Source: Acidobacteriota bacterium (GTDB lineage: Bacteria > Acidobacteriota > Thermoanaerobaculia > Multivoradales > JAGPDF01). From it: 64,000 bases of DNA. Each line of letters starts with the position of its first letter. Position 1 is the stretch's first letter. Positions 36,523 through 47,741 of this stretch are shown here, piece by piece. The stretch covers positions 1,382 to 65,381 of the forward strand of contig JAFNAE010000001.1 of assembly GCA_017860005.1 (NCBI GenBank), given 5' to 3'. The translations under genes and the position numbers were made by a program. A model generated the notes under the pieces. The model was not told the origin of the DNA. It searched no databases and was given only the letters and a program-made list of their open reading frames with translations.

Positions 36523-37313
36523 AGCACCCTCGCTTCCAGCTGGAGTTTTCCGGCCAGGGCCCGCGCCGCGGCGACCGGGTCGCCCTCGAAGATCTGGGCG
36601 CTGCCGCCCGCTTCGGGGAAGGCCACCGAGAGCAGCTCCAGCGCGGAGCCCGCGGCGCCGACCTCGTCCTCGCCGAGACCCAGGTCCGACGGCCCGAGCG
36701 CGACGATCTCCTTCTTCTTGGCGGCCATGATTCCCTTGAGGGAGGCGTAGCGCGGCTGGTTGAGGCCGGCCTGCACCTCGAGCACCGCGGGCAGCGGGAG
36801 TCGCAGGATCTCGTTGACCCCGCTCTCCATCTCACGCACGACCCGGAGCGTGCCGCGGTCGGTCTCGGGCTCGACGCCCATCACCAGCCAGGCGTGGGGC
36901 CAGCCGAGCCCGCCGGCGAGCACCGTGCCGGTGGCGCCGAAGCCGAGGTCCTCGGACTGGGACCCGGTGAGGACCAGGTCGAAGGGCTCGCGCGCGATGG
37001 CGGCCGCCAGCGCGCGCCCCGTGGCGAGCGCGTCGCCGCCCGCGAAGGCGGGATGCCCGAGGTGCACCGCCCGGCTGGCGCCGAGCGCCAGCGCCTTGCG
37101 CAGGGCCTCCTTCACGCGCTCGGGCCCGAGGCTGAACACCACCACTTCACCCGCCGACTTCTCCGCCAGGCGAAGGCCTTCCTCGAGCGCGCACTCGTCG
37201 CTCTCGTTGATCACGAAGGGCAGGTCCTCCTCGTCGATCCAGCGCCCGTCCTTGCCGACGCGCAGCCGGGCCTCGGTGTCGGGGACCTGCTTGATACAGA
37301 CGGCGATCTTCAT
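36519..37313 (-). CDS. etfB: electron transfer flavoprotein beta subunit
   Basis: MKIAVCIKQVPDTEARLRV; 264 aa; overlaps the etfA start (ATGA). Confidence 0.9.
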   Translation of the reverse strand: MKIAVCIKQVPDTEARLRVGKDGRWIDEEDLPFVINESDECALEEGLRLAEKSAGEVVVFSLGPERVKEALRKALALGASRAVHLGHPAFAGGDALATGRALAAAIAREPFDLVLTGSQSEDLGFGATGTVLAGGLGWPHAWLVMGVEPETDRGTLRVVREMESGVNEILRLPLPAVLEVQAGLNQPRYASLKGIMAAKKKEIVALGPSDLGLGEDEVGAAGSALELLSVAFPEAGGSAQIFEGDPVAAARALAGKLQLEARVL

Positions 37314-37451
37314 GCCGATGCGCCTCCTCGATAGAGACCACCAACTTAGGACGTTGCGCCGCCCCGAGTCAACGCGCGGCGAGCGGCATGGACACTCTCG
37401 GGAGCCGCGTGCTACCTTTTCGCGCACCCCGGCCCGCCGGGCAGACCGAGA

Positions 37452-38177
<726 letters not shown>

Positions 38178-38181
38178 GCCG

Positions 38182-38616
38182 ATGTCGTTTCTCACCGGAA
38201 CGCACGGACAGGAAGAGGAAGAGGTCCTCTCGGACATCAACATCACGCCCCTGGTGGACGTGATGCTGGTGCTGCTCATCATCTTCATGATCACGGCGCC
38301 GATGCTCCACCAGGGCATCGAAGTGGCGCTGCCCAAGTCGGAGGCACCCAACCTCTCCAACCGCCTCTCGGACCCGATCGTGCTGTCGATCAACCGGGAC
38401 GGTCTGGTCTACCTGAAGGACAAGCCGGTCCATCCGACCCGGCTGGTCGAGGTGCTGACGCCGCAGCTGCGCGGGCGCGCGGACGAGACCGTGTTCGTGA
38501 AGGGCGACCGGGACGTGCCCTACGGCAGGGTGATCGAGCTGCTCGACATCCTGCAGCGCGGCGGCATCGTCAAGGTCGGCATGGTCACGGAGCGGCCCGA
38601 GCGCAAGGGACGCTGA
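38182..38616 (+). CDS. tolR: ExbD/TolR biopolymer transport protein
   Basis: INITPLVDVMLVLLIIFMITAP; 144 aa. Confidence 0.85.
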   Translation: MSFLTGTHGQEEEEVLSDINITPLVDVMLVLLIIFMITAPMLHQGIEVALPKSEAPNLSNRLSDPIVLSINRDGLVYLKDKPVHPTRLVEVLTPQLRGRADETVFVKGDRDVPYGRVIELLDILQRGGIVKVGMVTERPERKGR

Positions 38617-38621
38617 GCGGG

Positions 38622-39329
38622 ATGGCGGACGCGGTCTCCAACCTCCTCGACCACCGACGCGAAGAGATCGGGCGGGGTGCCCTCGGCCGCGCGCTCGCGG
38701 TGGCCGTGGCCGGGCATCTCCTCGTCCTCGCCCTCGCCCTCCTGGCGCCCGCTCTGACCCGCAAGCCGGCCCCTCCGCCGCGCTTCGTGGCGGTCCAGAT
38801 CGTGCCCGCGGCCCGGCTCGGCGTCGAGCGGCCGCGCCCGGCTCCGGCCCCCGAGAAGCCCCGTCCGGTGCCGGCGCCGGAGCCCAAGCCGAAGGCCGAA
38901 GCGCCCGTCCTCCCGGACCGGGAGGCGAAGCCCCGGCGAGAGCCGGAGCCCGCACCCGCGGCGCCGGAGCCGGAGCCGGCACCGGAGGCGCAGGGCTCGC
39001 CCACCGGCGTGGCGAGCGGGCTCTCGATGGGCGCCGCCGTGGCCGGTTTCGACAGTCCGAGCTTCACCTACGGCTACTACGTCGACCAGATGCTGGCCAT
39101 GATCTCCTCGAACTGGAGCCGGCCACCGGTCGGATCCGGGGTCGAGGCCACCCTCTACTTCCGCATCGAGCGGGACGGCCGCATCCGGCAGCTCAGCATC
39201 GCGCGCTCCTCCGGCATCAATGCCTTCGACCTCGCGGCGCTGCGCGCCGTGCAGGCCTCCTCGCCGCTGCCACCTCTCCCGCGCGCCTTCCGGGAGGAGT
39301 CGCTCGGAGTCAACCTGATCGTCCGCTGA
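38622..39329 (+). CDS. tolA: TolA/TonB-family protein (TM anchor, Pro-rich linker, TonB_C domain)
   Basis: TM helix ALAVAVAGHLLVLALALLAP, a Pro/Ala/Glu-rich spacer and a C-terminal TonB_C-like fold. Confidence 0.7.
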   Translation: MADAVSNLLDHRREEIGRGALGRALAVAVAGHLLVLALALLAPALTRKPAPPPRFVAVQIVPAARLGVERPRPAPAPEKPRPVPAPEPKPKAEAPVLPDREAKPRREPEPAPAAPEPEPAPEAQGSPTGVASGLSMGAAVAGFDSPSFTYGYYVDQMLAMISSNWSRPPVGSGVEATLYFRIERDGRIRQLSIARSSGINAFDLAALRAVQASSPLPPLPRAFREESLGVNLIVR

Positions 39330-39340
39330 AGGAGACCCGC

Positions 39341-40753
39341 GTGAAGACCTGGATTCCGCCGGCGCTTTCCGTCCTCGCGCTCGGCGCCTGCGCCGGGCTC
39401 CTGCTCGGCCTGCCGCCTCAGGCGCCCCAGCAGCCGGCGCCGTCCCCCGCGGCCCCGGCCCCCGCGCCGCAGGACACCGAGCCGGGAGCGCCGCCCGTCG
39501 CCGGCCAGGGCATCACGGTGGTCCTCGACGCGGGCAGCCAGGTCGCGGTCATCGGCCTCGCCTTCCCCGCCCCGCAGGGGCTCGCCGCGCTCCAGGGAGC
39601 GGCGGCCGCCGCCGGGCGAGAGCTCGAAGCGACGCTGCGCCGGGACCTCGAGCGCAGCGGGGTTTTCGAGCTGCTCGGCCCCGCCGAGCTCTCCGTGCTG
39701 ACCCTGACCGGCGACCTGGAGAAGGACGCCGACCAGTATCGCTCGCTGGGCGCGGCGATGCTGCTCCAGTCGGAGCTCAAGATGGAGGACGGCCGCCTCG
39801 TCCTCGAGGGCAGGCTGGTCGATCTCGCCAGCCGCCAGACCATCGTCGGCAAGCGCTACCGCGGCACCTACGAGCTGGCGCGCCGGATCGCCCACACCTT
39901 CGCGGACGAGATCGTCCTGTTCCTCACCTCGAGGCGCGGCATCGCCCTCAGCTCGATCGCCTTCGTCTCCGACCGGGACGGCTCGAAGGAGATCTACCTC
40001 ATGGACTACGACGGCTTCGACCAGCGCCGCGTCACCGCGCACAAGTCGATCTCCATGAGCCCGTCGTGGAGCGGGCGCGGCGACTTCCTGGCCTACGTCT
40101 CCTTCTTCGCCGGCCGCGGCCCCGCCCTCTACCTGGCCGACATCGCTTCGGGTCGCAAGACGCCGCTGGTCACCGAGGGCAGCCTCAACGCCTCGCCGGC
40201 GGTCTCCCCCGACGGCCGCCAGGTCGCCTTCGCTCGCGCCCTGGGCGCCAACATCGAGATCTTCCTGTGCGGCCGCGACGGCGCCAACGTCCGCCGCCTG
40301 ACCAACTCCGGCGGCATCGACACCAATCCGGCGTGGAGCCCCTCGGGCCAGGAGGTCGCCTTCACCTCGAGCCGGGCGGGGTCGCCCCAGATCTACGTGA
40401 TGGACGTCGAGGGCTCCAACCTCCGGCGGGTCACCTTCCAGGGCGACTACAACGACGGCGCCGCGTTCAGCCCCGACGGGACCCGCCTCGCCTACGCCAC
40501 GCGTGTCGGGCGGGACCGATTCGACATCGCCGTGCTCGACCTGGTCACGCTGCAGAGCGCCCGCCTGACCAGCGGCGCGGGCTCCAACGAGACGCCGACC
40601 TTCTCGCCCGACGGACGCCGCCTCGCGTTCGCCTCCACCCGCACCGGCGCCCCCCAGATCTTCGTCGTCGACGCCCAGGACGGCAGCGCCGCCGAGCAGC
40701 TGACGAGCGAGGGCAGCAACTCCGCCCCCGAATGGTCGGGCTACCCGCGCTGA
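39341..40753 (+). CDS. tolB: Tol-Pal system beta-propeller protein TolB
   Basis: Signal peptide, an N-terminal TolB domain and repeated beta-propeller blades (SPDGRQVAF, SPSGQEVAF, SPDGTRLAY, SPDGRRLAF); 470 aa. Confidence 0.9.
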   Translation: MKTWIPPALSVLALGACAGLLLGLPPQAPQQPAPSPAAPAPAPQDTEPGAPPVAGQGITVVLDAGSQVAVIGLAFPAPQGLAALQGAAAAAGRELEATLRRDLERSGVFELLGPAELSVLTLTGDLEKDADQYRSLGAAMLLQSELKMEDGRLVLEGRLVDLASRQTIVGKRYRGTYELARRIAHTFADEIVLFLTSRRGIALSSIAFVSDRDGSKEIYLMDYDGFDQRRVTAHKSISMSPSWSGRGDFLAYVSFFAGRGPALYLADIASGRKTPLVTEGSLNASPAVSPDGRQVAFARALGANIEIFLCGRDGANVRRLTNSGGIDTNPAWSPSGQEVAFTSSRAGSPQIYVMDVEGSNLRRVTFQGDYNDGAAFSPDGTRLAYATRVGRDRFDIAVLDLVTLQSARLTSGAGSNETPTFSPDGRRLAFASTRTGAPQIFVVDAQDGSAAEQLTSEGSNSAPEWSGYPR

Positions 40754-40776
40754 AGGTCGGGAATCTCGTTGAGGGC

Positions 40777-40792
40777 GGGAACGAAATTTGCT
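40777..40792 (+). promoter_or_regulatory. candidate sigma-54 (-24/-12) promoter upstream of pal: GGGAACGAAATTTGCT
   Basis: GG at 40778-40779 and GC at 40790-40791 with 10-nt spacing; the -12 TTGC element is present; it sits about 70 nt upstream of the pal ATG. This is a weak match to TGGCACG-N4-TTGCW. Confidence 0.2.
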
Positions 40793-40861
40793 AGGTTGCT
40801 CCTCAATGTCCCCGCTGAACGCTGCTCGCGATCCGAGGCCGCATTCGAAAAGGAGAGAATC

Positions 40862-41443
40862 ATGACGCTCGCACGCAACCGCTGGCTCCTGGCCCTCGCC
40901 GTGGTCTCCCTGGTGGTCGCCGGCTGCGCCAAGAAGAAGCCCCAGACCGCTCCCGACCTCGGCGCCTCGACGGTCACGACGCCCAGCGCTCCGACCGAGG
41001 AGGTGCAGCCCCGGGAGCAGGCCGAGCCGGTCGATCCGACGCAGGCCATCCTGGCCGGTGACCTCGCGCGCGTCAACGAGTACCTGGCCGCCAACGGCCT
41101 CCTCGGCGACGTCTACTTCGACTTCGACAAGGCCGACCTGCGCGACGAGGCTCGCTCCCGGCTCGCGCGCAACGCGGACTGGCTCAAGGCCCACCCCGAG
41201 TTCGAGGTGACCATCGAGGGTCACTGCGACGAGCGCGGCACGAACGAGTACAACCTCGCCCTCGGCGAGCGCCGCGCGGCGGCCGCCAAGGACTACCTGG
41301 GATCGCTCGGCGTCGCCGCCTCGCGCCTGCGCACGCTCTCCTACGGTGAGGAGCGCCCGCAGTGCATGGACCAGGGCGAGCCCTGCTGGTCGCGCAACCG
41401 GCGCGCCCACTTCCTGGTCACCGGCCGCGGCAACGTGGGCTGA
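40862..41443 (+). CDS. pal: peptidoglycan-associated lipoprotein (OmpA-family)
   Basis: Lipobox VVAGC and the OmpA-like domain VTIEGHCDERGTNEYNLALGERRAAAAKDYL; 193 aa. Confidence 0.9.
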   Translation: MTLARNRWLLALAVVSLVVAGCAKKKPQTAPDLGASTVTTPSAPTEEVQPREQAEPVDPTQAILAGDLARVNEYLAANGLLGDVYFDFDKADLRDEARSRLARNADWLKAHPEFEVTIEGHCDERGTNEYNLALGERRAAAAKDYLGSLGVAASRLRTLSYGEERPQCMDQGEPCWSRNRRAHFLVTGRGNVG

Positions 41444-41456
41444 CGCGGGGTCACCC

Positions 41457-42257
41457 GTGAGGCTCCGCCACCTCCTCCTCGCCGCTTCGGTCCCGCTCGC
41501 GCTGGCCGGGTGCGTGTCCTCGAGTGACATCGACGGGCTGCGGGCGCAGCTCGCCGAGATCCAGCGCCAGGTCCTGCAGCTGCAGATGCAGACCTCGAGC
41601 AAGGAGGAGGTGGCCGCCCTGCAGCAGAATCTCCGCGCCCAGACCGATCAGCTGCTCAAAGCCGAGGCCGACCGCCGCGCCGACTTCGGCAATCTCTCCA
41701 GCCAGATCTCGGCGCTCCAGGGCCAGCTCGAAGACACCAACTACCGCCTCGCCCAGGTCTCGCAGCAGATCGCCTCCACCAACCAGGACCTCAAGGCGGT
41801 GCGCAGCGCCACCACGCCGCCGCCGGTGGCCGGGGCGCCCGGCGCCACCGGGCCGGTCTCGGATCCCGAGACGCTCTATCAGACCGCCTACAGCGACTAC
41901 CTGAGGGGCAACTACGATCTCGCGCTGCTCGGCTTCCGGCAGTATCTCGAGTCGTTCCCGGAGACCGACCTCGCCGACAACGCGTCCTACTGGATCGGCG
42001 AGTGCTTCTACCGCCAGCAGAAGTTCGCGGAGGCGATCGCCCAGTACGACGAGGTCCTCTCGCGTTGGCCGAGGAGCGACAAGACAGCCAGCTCGCAGCT
42101 CAAGAAGGGCTACGCGCAGATCGAGCTCGGCCGGCGCGACGACGGCATCCGCCAGCTGCAGGCGGTGGCGCGGGACTTCCCGAACTCCGACGAGGCGAAC
42201 CTCGCCCGCCAGAGGCTGCAGAGCCTCGGGGTTGCCACCGGGCAGAAGCGTCAGTAG
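41457..42257 (+). CDS. cpoB: Tol-Pal system protein YbgF/CpoB (coiled coil + TPR)
   Basis: Signal/lipobox LALAGC, an N-terminal coiled coil and C-terminal TPR repeats (YQTAYSDYLRGNYDLALLGFRQYLESFP); GTG start. Confidence 0.75.
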   Translation: MRLRHLLLAASVPLALAGCVSSSDIDGLRAQLAEIQRQVLQLQMQTSSKEEVAALQQNLRAQTDQLLKAEADRRADFGNLSSQISALQGQLEDTNYRLAQVSQQIASTNQDLKAVRSATTPPPVAGAPGATGPVSDPETLYQTAYSDYLRGNYDLALLGFRQYLESFPETDLADNASYWIGECFYRQQKFAEAIAQYDEVLSRWPRSDKTASSQLKKGYAQIELGRRDDGIRQLQAVARDFPNSDEANLARQRLQSLGVATGQKRQ

Positions 42258-42331
42258 ACTTCCGCTCCCGATTCGGAGGCAGGCCGGCGACCCCGGCGTC
42301 CCGATCCCCGATCGACACCGAGGAGCCCCAG

Positions 42332-42598
42332 ATGGCGAACAAGAAGTCGGCCAAGAAGCGTGCGGTCAAGTCCGCCGCCCAGCGCGAGAAGAACCGCGCC
42401 GCGCGCTCGAAGGTCCGGAGCGCGATCAAGAAGGTGCGGCGCGCAGCGACCGCCAGCGACGCCCAGGGCGCCGAGAGCCTGCTCAAGGAGGCGATCTCCC
42501 TGGTCGACCGCACGGCGCGCAAGGGACTCCTCCACCGCAACACGGCCGCGCGCACCAAGTCGCGGCTGAGCGCCGCAGTGGCCAAGGCCTCGAAGTAG
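42332..42598 (+). CDS. rpsT: 30S ribosomal protein S20
   Basis: MANKKSAKKRAVKSAAQREKNRAARSKVRSAIKK; 88 aa. Confidence 0.95.
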   Translation: MANKKSAKKRAVKSAAQREKNRAARSKVRSAIKKVRRAATASDAQGAESLLKEAISLVDRTARKGLLHRNTAARTKSRLSAAVAKASK

Positions 42599-42607
42599 CT
42601 CCCGAGA

Positions 42608-42634
42608 GCCGCCCCCGCGAGCGGGGGCGACGGC
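42608..42634. terminator. GC-rich hairpin between convergent rpsT and lptE (likely bidirectional terminator)
   Basis: CCGCCCCCGC-GAG-CGGGGGCG(A)CGG sits exactly between the two stop codons. Confidence 0.45.
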
Positions 42635-43153
42635 TCAGAACCCCTCGAGCAGGTCGGTGACCATGGTCTCGGCGAAGTTCGAGGCCGTGGCCTCGATGGC
42701 CGGCGTCTCGCGGTCGAAGTAGCCGAGCTCCGAGGCCTCGAGTTTGTAGCTGTCCCTGAAGACGTAGCGCTCGTTCTGCCAGATCACCAGCTCGGGCGAC
42801 AGCTGTCGGAAGGCGACGCGGGCCGTGATCGAGATCTCGAACTCGGTGGCCCGGCCATCGGCGTCGAAGGCGACGGGCCTCACGGCGAACGCCGTCACCG
42901 CACCCGCGATCTCGCCGTCGGCGCCCTCCACCGACGACAGGACCTCGAACCGCTGGCGCGTCACCAGCTCGTCGGCCACCGCCCGCGTCAGGATCTGCTC
43001 GACCTGGACCCTGCCGGTCGCGTTCTCGAGCGGCTTGAGGTACACCTTGCGGATCTCGGCCGGGATGTTCGAGGCGGTTCCGACCAGGCGGTAGCCGCAG
43101 GCCGAGAGCAGCAGCGCGGCGGTGAGCGGGACCAGGCGGCTCAGGTGCGACAT
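42635..43153 (-). CDS. lptE: LPS-assembly lipoprotein LptE
   Basis: Lipobox LLLSACGY; 172 aa; located immediately downstream of leuS, the conserved leuS-lptE synteny; its start overlaps the leuS stop. Confidence 0.7.
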   Translation of the reverse strand: MSHLSRLVPLTAALLLSACGYRLVGTASNIPAEIRKVYLKPLENATGRVQVEQILTRAVADELVTRQRFEVLSSVEGADGEIAGAVTAFAVRPVAFDADGRATEFEISITARVAFRQLSPELVIWQNERYVFRDSYKLEASELGYFDRETPAIEATASNFAETMVTDLLEGF

Positions 43154-45627
43154 CAGGCGGACTCCCTTCGCGTGACCAGGTTGATCAGCCGGCCCGGCAC
43201 GTAGACCGACTTCGCGAGCGGGCGATCACCGACGTGCTCGCGCACCTTCGCGCTCGCCAGCGCGGCGTCCCGGACCGCGCCCTCGCGGGCGTCGGCGTCG
43301 ACCTCGATTCGATCTCGGAGCTTGCCGTCGACCTGCACCACCACCACGACACGGTCGCGCCTCAGCCTGGCCTCGTCCGCGACCGGCCAGTCGCTGTGGA
43401 GCAGGCTGTCGACCTGGCCACGCCGCTCCCAGATCTCCTCGGTGACGTGCGGAGCGATCGGGTGCAGCAGCTGCACCATGGTGTCCAGCGCCGCCTCGCA
43501 ACACAGCCTCGACGCCCGTTTCTCCTCCACCGCACGGGTCAGCGCGTTGAGCAGCTCCATCAGCGCGGCGATCGCGGTGTTGAACTTGAAGCGCTCGAAG
43601 TCGCGCGTCACGCGCTGGATCGTGGCGTGGCGCAGGCGCTCGAGCTCGTCGTCGGCGGGCGCCGTCGGCGGCGCCTCCCCCACCCGCTCCGAGACGCGCC
43701 AGAGGCGTTGCAGGAAGCGATGGGCCCCGGCCACGGCCTCGTCGTTCCACTCCACCTCGTCCTCGGGCGGACCCAGGAAGAGGGTGTAGACGCGCTCCGT
43801 GTCGGCTCCCATCTCCTCGATCAGGGGATCGGGCGAGACCGTGTTCCCCTTCGACTTCGACATCTTCTCGATGCGCCCGGTGCGCTCCGCGAAGCGCGTG
43901 ATCATGCCCTGGTTGAAGAGGTTCTGGAACGGCTCCTCGAACGGAACCAGGCCGAAGTCGTGCAGCACCCGGCACATGAACCGCGCGTAGAGCAGGTGCA
44001 GGATGGCGTGTTCGATGCCGCCGATGTACTGGTCCACCGGCGCCCAGCGCGCCGCCGCCTCGGGGTCGAAGATGCGTTCGCCGTCGCGCGCCGAGAGGTA
44101 ACGGAGGTAGTACCAGGAGCTGTCCATGAAGGTGTCCATCGTGTCGGTCTCCCGCCGTGCCGGAGACTGACAGCGTGGGCACTTCGTGGCGACGAACGCC
44201 TCGTTGCGCGAGAGCGGGTTGCCCTCGCGCCCGGAGAACTCGACCTCGTACGGCAGCTCGACCGGCAGCTGCGCGTCCGGCACGGGCACGACTCCGCACG
44301 CTTCGCAGTAGACCACCGGGATCGGCGTTCCCCAGTAGCGCTGGCGCGAGATCAGCCAGTCCCGCAGGCGGTAGCTGACCTTGGCGCGGCCGGTGCCCTC
44401 GCGCTCGAGCCAGGCGACGAAGCGGGCCACCGTCTCGTCGGTGGCGGGCAGCCCGTCGAACTCCCCGGTGCCGCGGATGACGCCCTCGTGTGGAATCGCC
44501 TCGATCATCGTCGCGGGGTCGAGCGCGTGCTCCTGCGGATGGTAGACGAGGCGCACCGGCAGCCCGTGGGCGCGCGCGAAGTCGAGGTCCCGCTGGTCGT
44601 GCGCCGGCACGCCCATCACCGCTCCGGTGCCGTAGTCCGGGAGCACGTAGTTGGCCATCCAGACCGGAATGGGCTCGCCGGTGGCGGGATTGACCGCGAA
44701 GCCGCCGGTGGCCCGTCCCTCCTTGGCAGCCTCCTCGCTCTCGCGCTGCGTGCGCGGCTGGTTGCGCACGCGCCCGATCCAGGCTTCGAGCTCGCCGCGC
44801 TCGGGATTGCCGGCGAGCAGGCCGCCGACCGAGGGATGCTCGGGGGCTACCACCATGAAGGTGGCGCCGTGGATCGTGTCCGGGCGCGTGGTGAAGACCG
44901 TGATCGGCGCGCCGCCCTCGATCGGGAAGTCGATCTCCGCGCCCTCCGAACGCCCGATCCAGTTGCGCTGCATCACCTTCACCTTCTCCGGCCAGCCCGG
45001 CAGCAGGTCGAGGCCGGAGAGCAGCCGTTCGGCGAAGTCCGTGATGCGCAGGAACCACTGCTCGAGGTCCTTCTGGATCACCGGCGTGCCGCAGCGCTCG
45101 CAGGCGCCATCGACGACCTGCTCGTTGGCGAGCACGGTCCGGCAGCTCGGGCACCAGTTGACTGGCGCCCGCTTCTTGTACGCCAGCCCCTGCTCGAGCA
45201 TGCGCAGGAAGAGCCACTGGTTCCACCGGTAATACTCCGGCGCGCAGCTGGTCACCTCCTTCGACCAGTCGTAGAGGATCCCCCAGCGCCGGAACTGCTT
45301 CTTCATGACCCGGATGTTGTCGAGCGTCCAGTCGCGCGGGTGCACGCCGCGCTGGATCGCGGCGTTCTCGGCCGGCAGGCCGAAGGCGTCCCAGCCCATC
45401 GGGTTCAGCGCCCGCCGGCCGCGCATGCGCAGGTACCGGTAGAGCGCGTCGCCTAGGATGTAGTTGCGGCCGTGCCCGACGTGGAGCCGGTCCCCCGACG
45501 GGTAGGGGAACATCATCAGCATGTAGTACTTGCCCTTGGCCTGCCGCAGGTCGACCTCGGCCGCCCTGCCCTTCTCCCAGCGGTCCTGCCACTTCGCTTC
45601 GATCGCGCGATGATCGTAGGAGCTCAT
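43153..45627 (-). CDS. leuS: leucine-tRNA ligase
   Basis: HIGH-type motif [16 protein letters not shown] and KMSKSKGN; 824 aa. The alternate-frame 809-aa ORF is an artefact. Confidence 0.95.
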   Translation of the reverse strand: MSSYDHRAIEAKWQDRWEKGRAAEVDLRQAKGKYYMLMMFPYPSGDRLHVGHGRNYILGDALYRYLRMRGRRALNPMGWDAFGLPAENAAIQRGVHPRDWTLDNIRVMKKQFRRWGILYDWSKEVTSCAPEYYRWNQWLFLRMLEQGLAYKKRAPVNWCPSCRTVLANEQVVDGACERCGTPVIQKDLEQWFLRITDFAERLLSGLDLLPGWPEKVKVMQRNWIGRSEGAEIDFPIEGGAPITVFTTRPDTIHGATFMVVAPEHPSVGGLLAGNPERGELEAWIGRVRNQPRTQRESEEAAKEGRATGGFAVNPATGEPIPVWMANYVLPDYGTGAVMGVPAHDQRDLDFARAHGLPVRLVYHPQEHALDPATMIEAIPHEGVIRGTGEFDGLPATDETVARFVAWLEREGTGRAKVSYRLRDWLISRQRYWGTPIPVVYCEACGVVPVPDAQLPVELPYEVEFSGREGNPLSRNEAFVATKCPRCQSPARRETDTMDTFMDSSWYYLRYLSARDGERIFDPEAAARWAPVDQYIGGIEHAILHLLYARFMCRVLHDFGLVPFEEPFQNLFNQGMITRFAERTGRIEKMSKSKGNTVSPDPLIEEMGADTERVYTLFLGPPEDEVEWNDEAVAGAHRFLQRLWRVSERVGEAPPTAPADDELERLRHATIQRVTRDFERFKFNTAIAALMELLNALTRAVEEKRASRLCCEAALDTMVQLLHPIAPHVTEEIWERRGQVDSLLHSDWPVADEARLRRDRVVVVVQVDGKLRDRIEVDADAREGAVRDAALASAKVREHVGDRPLAKSVYVPGRLINLVTRRESA

Positions 45628-46646
45628 CGTCGGGTTCCGCCCTCTCCCCGTCCATCCTCGACCGGCACCTCGAGCTCGGCGAGCACGCGGTCCCGAAAGG
45701 TCAGCCTCTTCCAGGCGGCGAGCCGGCCCGCCGTCCTCACCTTGAGCTCGTAGCGCCCCGGCTCGAGCCCCAGGAACACGCCGCGCCCGCCCGCCAGCGA
45801 GACGGTGCGCACGCCTCCGGTCGCGCCCTCGAGCGTCGCCGCGCCCTCCACTGCCGGCGCCAGCCGCACGAGGAGCGCCGCAGCTTGGCGCGTGCCTTCG
45901 TTCGGCCGCACGCGGAAGGGGCGCACGGGCGCCGGCCCGGGTGCCAGATCGACGTCCTGCATGCGATCTTCGCGCGCGACGAGCAACCCGGCACCCGGAT
46001 AGGACTCGAGGCGCGGATCGTCGATGCGCAGATAGGTGGCGGGCACGAAGTGGTGACTGGAGATCGGATCGCTGAAAACCCAGCCGCGGTCGGGATACCA
46101 GACCTCGATCCAGCGATGGAAACCGGCCCCCGGCCCCCCCGGCACCGGCTCGGCCACGTATCCGGGCACCTCGCGCGCTTCGATCCCGACCGCCCCGAGC
46201 AGCGCCACGGAGAGGCGCGCGAGGCCCGTACAGTAGGCGGTCCGGCGCTCGAGCACGGCCTCCGGCGCCTGGTCGGCGGCGCGATCGAGGTCGTAGGAGA
46301 CGTTCGCCGCGACCCAGGCCAACAGCCTGCTCACCGCTTCGTACCGGCCTCCGGACCCGGCCGCGATCGCGCGCGCCACTCTCGACACCGTGGCGCCGCC
46401 GTCGGCGGCGGGCAGCGCGAAGGGGGCCCGGCTGCCGATCGGACCGAGATCGACTTCGACGCGCGTCGCGCCGTCGGGCGCCAGCGTCAGCCGGTAGCCG
46501 GCGTTCTCGTAGGGACGCACCACCGCGCCCGCGGGCGGCGAGATCTCCGCGGCATCGCTGCCGGCGACGACGCGGGCTTCGGCGCCGGCGCCCGGGCGCG
46601 GCAGGGCGAGCGCGAGCAGCGCGACGGCGGCTGCCAGCGCCCTCAC
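45624..46646 (-). CDS. secreted transglutaminase-like (Cys-His-Asp papain-fold) protein
   Basis: Signal peptide [16 protein letters not shown] and a TGase core [13 protein letters not shown] ... [20 protein letters not shown]; 340 aa. Confidence 0.65.
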   Translation of the reverse strand: MRALAAAVALLALALPRPGAGAEARVVAGSDAAEISPPAGAVVRPYENAGYRLTLAPDGATRVEVDLGPIGSRAPFALPAADGGATVSRVARAIAAGSGGRYEAVSRLLAWVAANVSYDLDRAADQAPEAVLERRTAYCTGLARLSVALLGAVGIEAREVPGYVAEPVPGGPGAGFHRWIEVWYPDRGWVFSDPISSHHFVPATYLRIDDPRLESYPGAGLLVAREDRMQDVDLAPGPAPVRPFRVRPNEGTRQAAALLVRLAPAVEGAATLEGATGGVRTVSLAGGRGVFLGLEPGRYELKVRTAGRLAAWKRLTFRDRVLAELEVPVEDGRGEGGTRR

Positions 46647-47101
46647 TTGAGGCTCCCGGGGAAGGAGTGGCGGCGCAGGACGCCGTCGAGCAGTCCGTTG
46701 ACGAAGCGCCCGGACTGCTCGGAGCCGAACCGCTTGGCGAGCTCTACCGCCTCGTCCACGATCACCAGCTTGGGAACATCGGTCTCCTGCAACATCTCGT
46801 AGACGGCGAGCCGGAGGATGTTCCGGTCCACCGCCGGCATCCGCTCCAGCCGCCAGTTCTCGGCCTGCGTCCGGATCAGCCCGTCGATCTCCTCGAGCCG
46901 GCCGCGGGTGCCCTCGACCAGGCGGCAGGCATAGGGAAACGCGTCGCGCGCCTCTGCGGCGGCCGCCTCGTTCTGCAGCTCGCCGTCGAGGGCACGTTCG
47001 CGCAGGAAGTCGGCGAGGTCGAAGGCGTGCGTCACCTCCGGCACGGAGCTCCCCGCCAGGTCGGCCTGGTAGAGCATCTGGACCGCCATCTCCCGTGCCA
47101 T
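46643..47101 (-). CDS. nusB: transcription antitermination factor NusB
   Basis: [15 protein letters not shown] ... [11 protein letters not shown]; follows ribH as in most bacteria. The start could lie further upstream, giving a possible ORF up to 47176. Confidence 0.8.
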   Translation of the reverse strand: MAREMAVQMLYQADLAGSSVPEVTHAFDLADFLRERALDGELQNEAAAAEARDAFPYACRLVEGTRGRLEEIDGLIRTQAENWRLERMPAVDRNILRLAVYEMLQETDVPKLVIVDEAVELAKRFGSEQSGRFVNGLLDGVLRRHSFPGSLK

Positions 47102-47182
47102 CCGCCGCTTGCCCACGGCCCCGTCTCCATTGCGGTCAAAGAGCTGCCCGGCGAACGCCCGCGGCGTTGCGCCCACTGCGGC

Positions 47183-47665
47183 TCAGGTGCCGGTCCCGAT
47201 CCGCTCCAGCAGCGCGGCCATCTCCAGTGCGGCGAGCGCCGCATCCTCGCCCTTGTTGCCCGCCGCACCGCCGGCGCGCGCCAGCGCCTGCTCGAGCGTC
47301 TCGCAGGTGAGCACGCCGAAGCCGATCGGCACTCGCCGGCGCAGGCCGACTTCGGCGATGCCCCGGCTGCACTGCCCCGCCACGTGCTCGAAGTGCGCGG
47401 TCTCACCGCGGATCACGGCGCCCACGGCGACCAGCGCGTGCCGGTCACCGCGCGCCGCCAGGGCGTCGAGCGCGAGCGGAATCTCCCAGGCCCCGGGCAC
47501 CCACACGACCTCGACGTCGGAGCGCTCCACGCCACAGCGAAAGAGCGCCTCGCAGGCGCCCTCGAGCAGGCGCTCGACTACGCCGGCGTTGAATCGGGAA
47601 GCGACCACGCCGATTCTCCGGCCGGCGCCGCCGACGGCGCTGGGGACAGGCTTGAAGGTGCTCAT
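47183..47665 (-). CDS. ribH: 6,7-dimethyl-8-ribityllumazine synthase
   Basis: RIGVVASRFN ... GAWEIPLA ... ETAHFEHV; 160 aa. Confidence 0.9.
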   Translation of the reverse strand: MSTFKPVPSAVGGAGRRIGVVASRFNAGVVERLLEGACEALFRCGVERSDVEVVWVPGAWEIPLALDALAARGDRHALVAVGAVIRGETAHFEHVAGQCSRGIAEVGLRRRVPIGFGVLTCETLEQALARAGGAAGNKGEDAALAALEMAALLERIGTGT

Positions 47666-47741
47666 GGTGGGGTCGCCGGGCCGCAGCCGGCAGTCTAGCG
47701 ATCGCGCGCAAACGCTGTCAACGACGGGAGATCCGCCGCGC

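Noticed and set aside
39155-41602. 815-aa minus-strand ORF antisense to tolB/pal
   Set aside because: Antisense artefact; TolB and Pal motifs are on the plus strand.
43226-45655. 809-aa alternate-frame ORF on the leuS strand
   Set aside because: The 43153-45627 frame carries the HIGH and KMSKS motifs; the alternate frame gives Arg/Gly/Pro junk.
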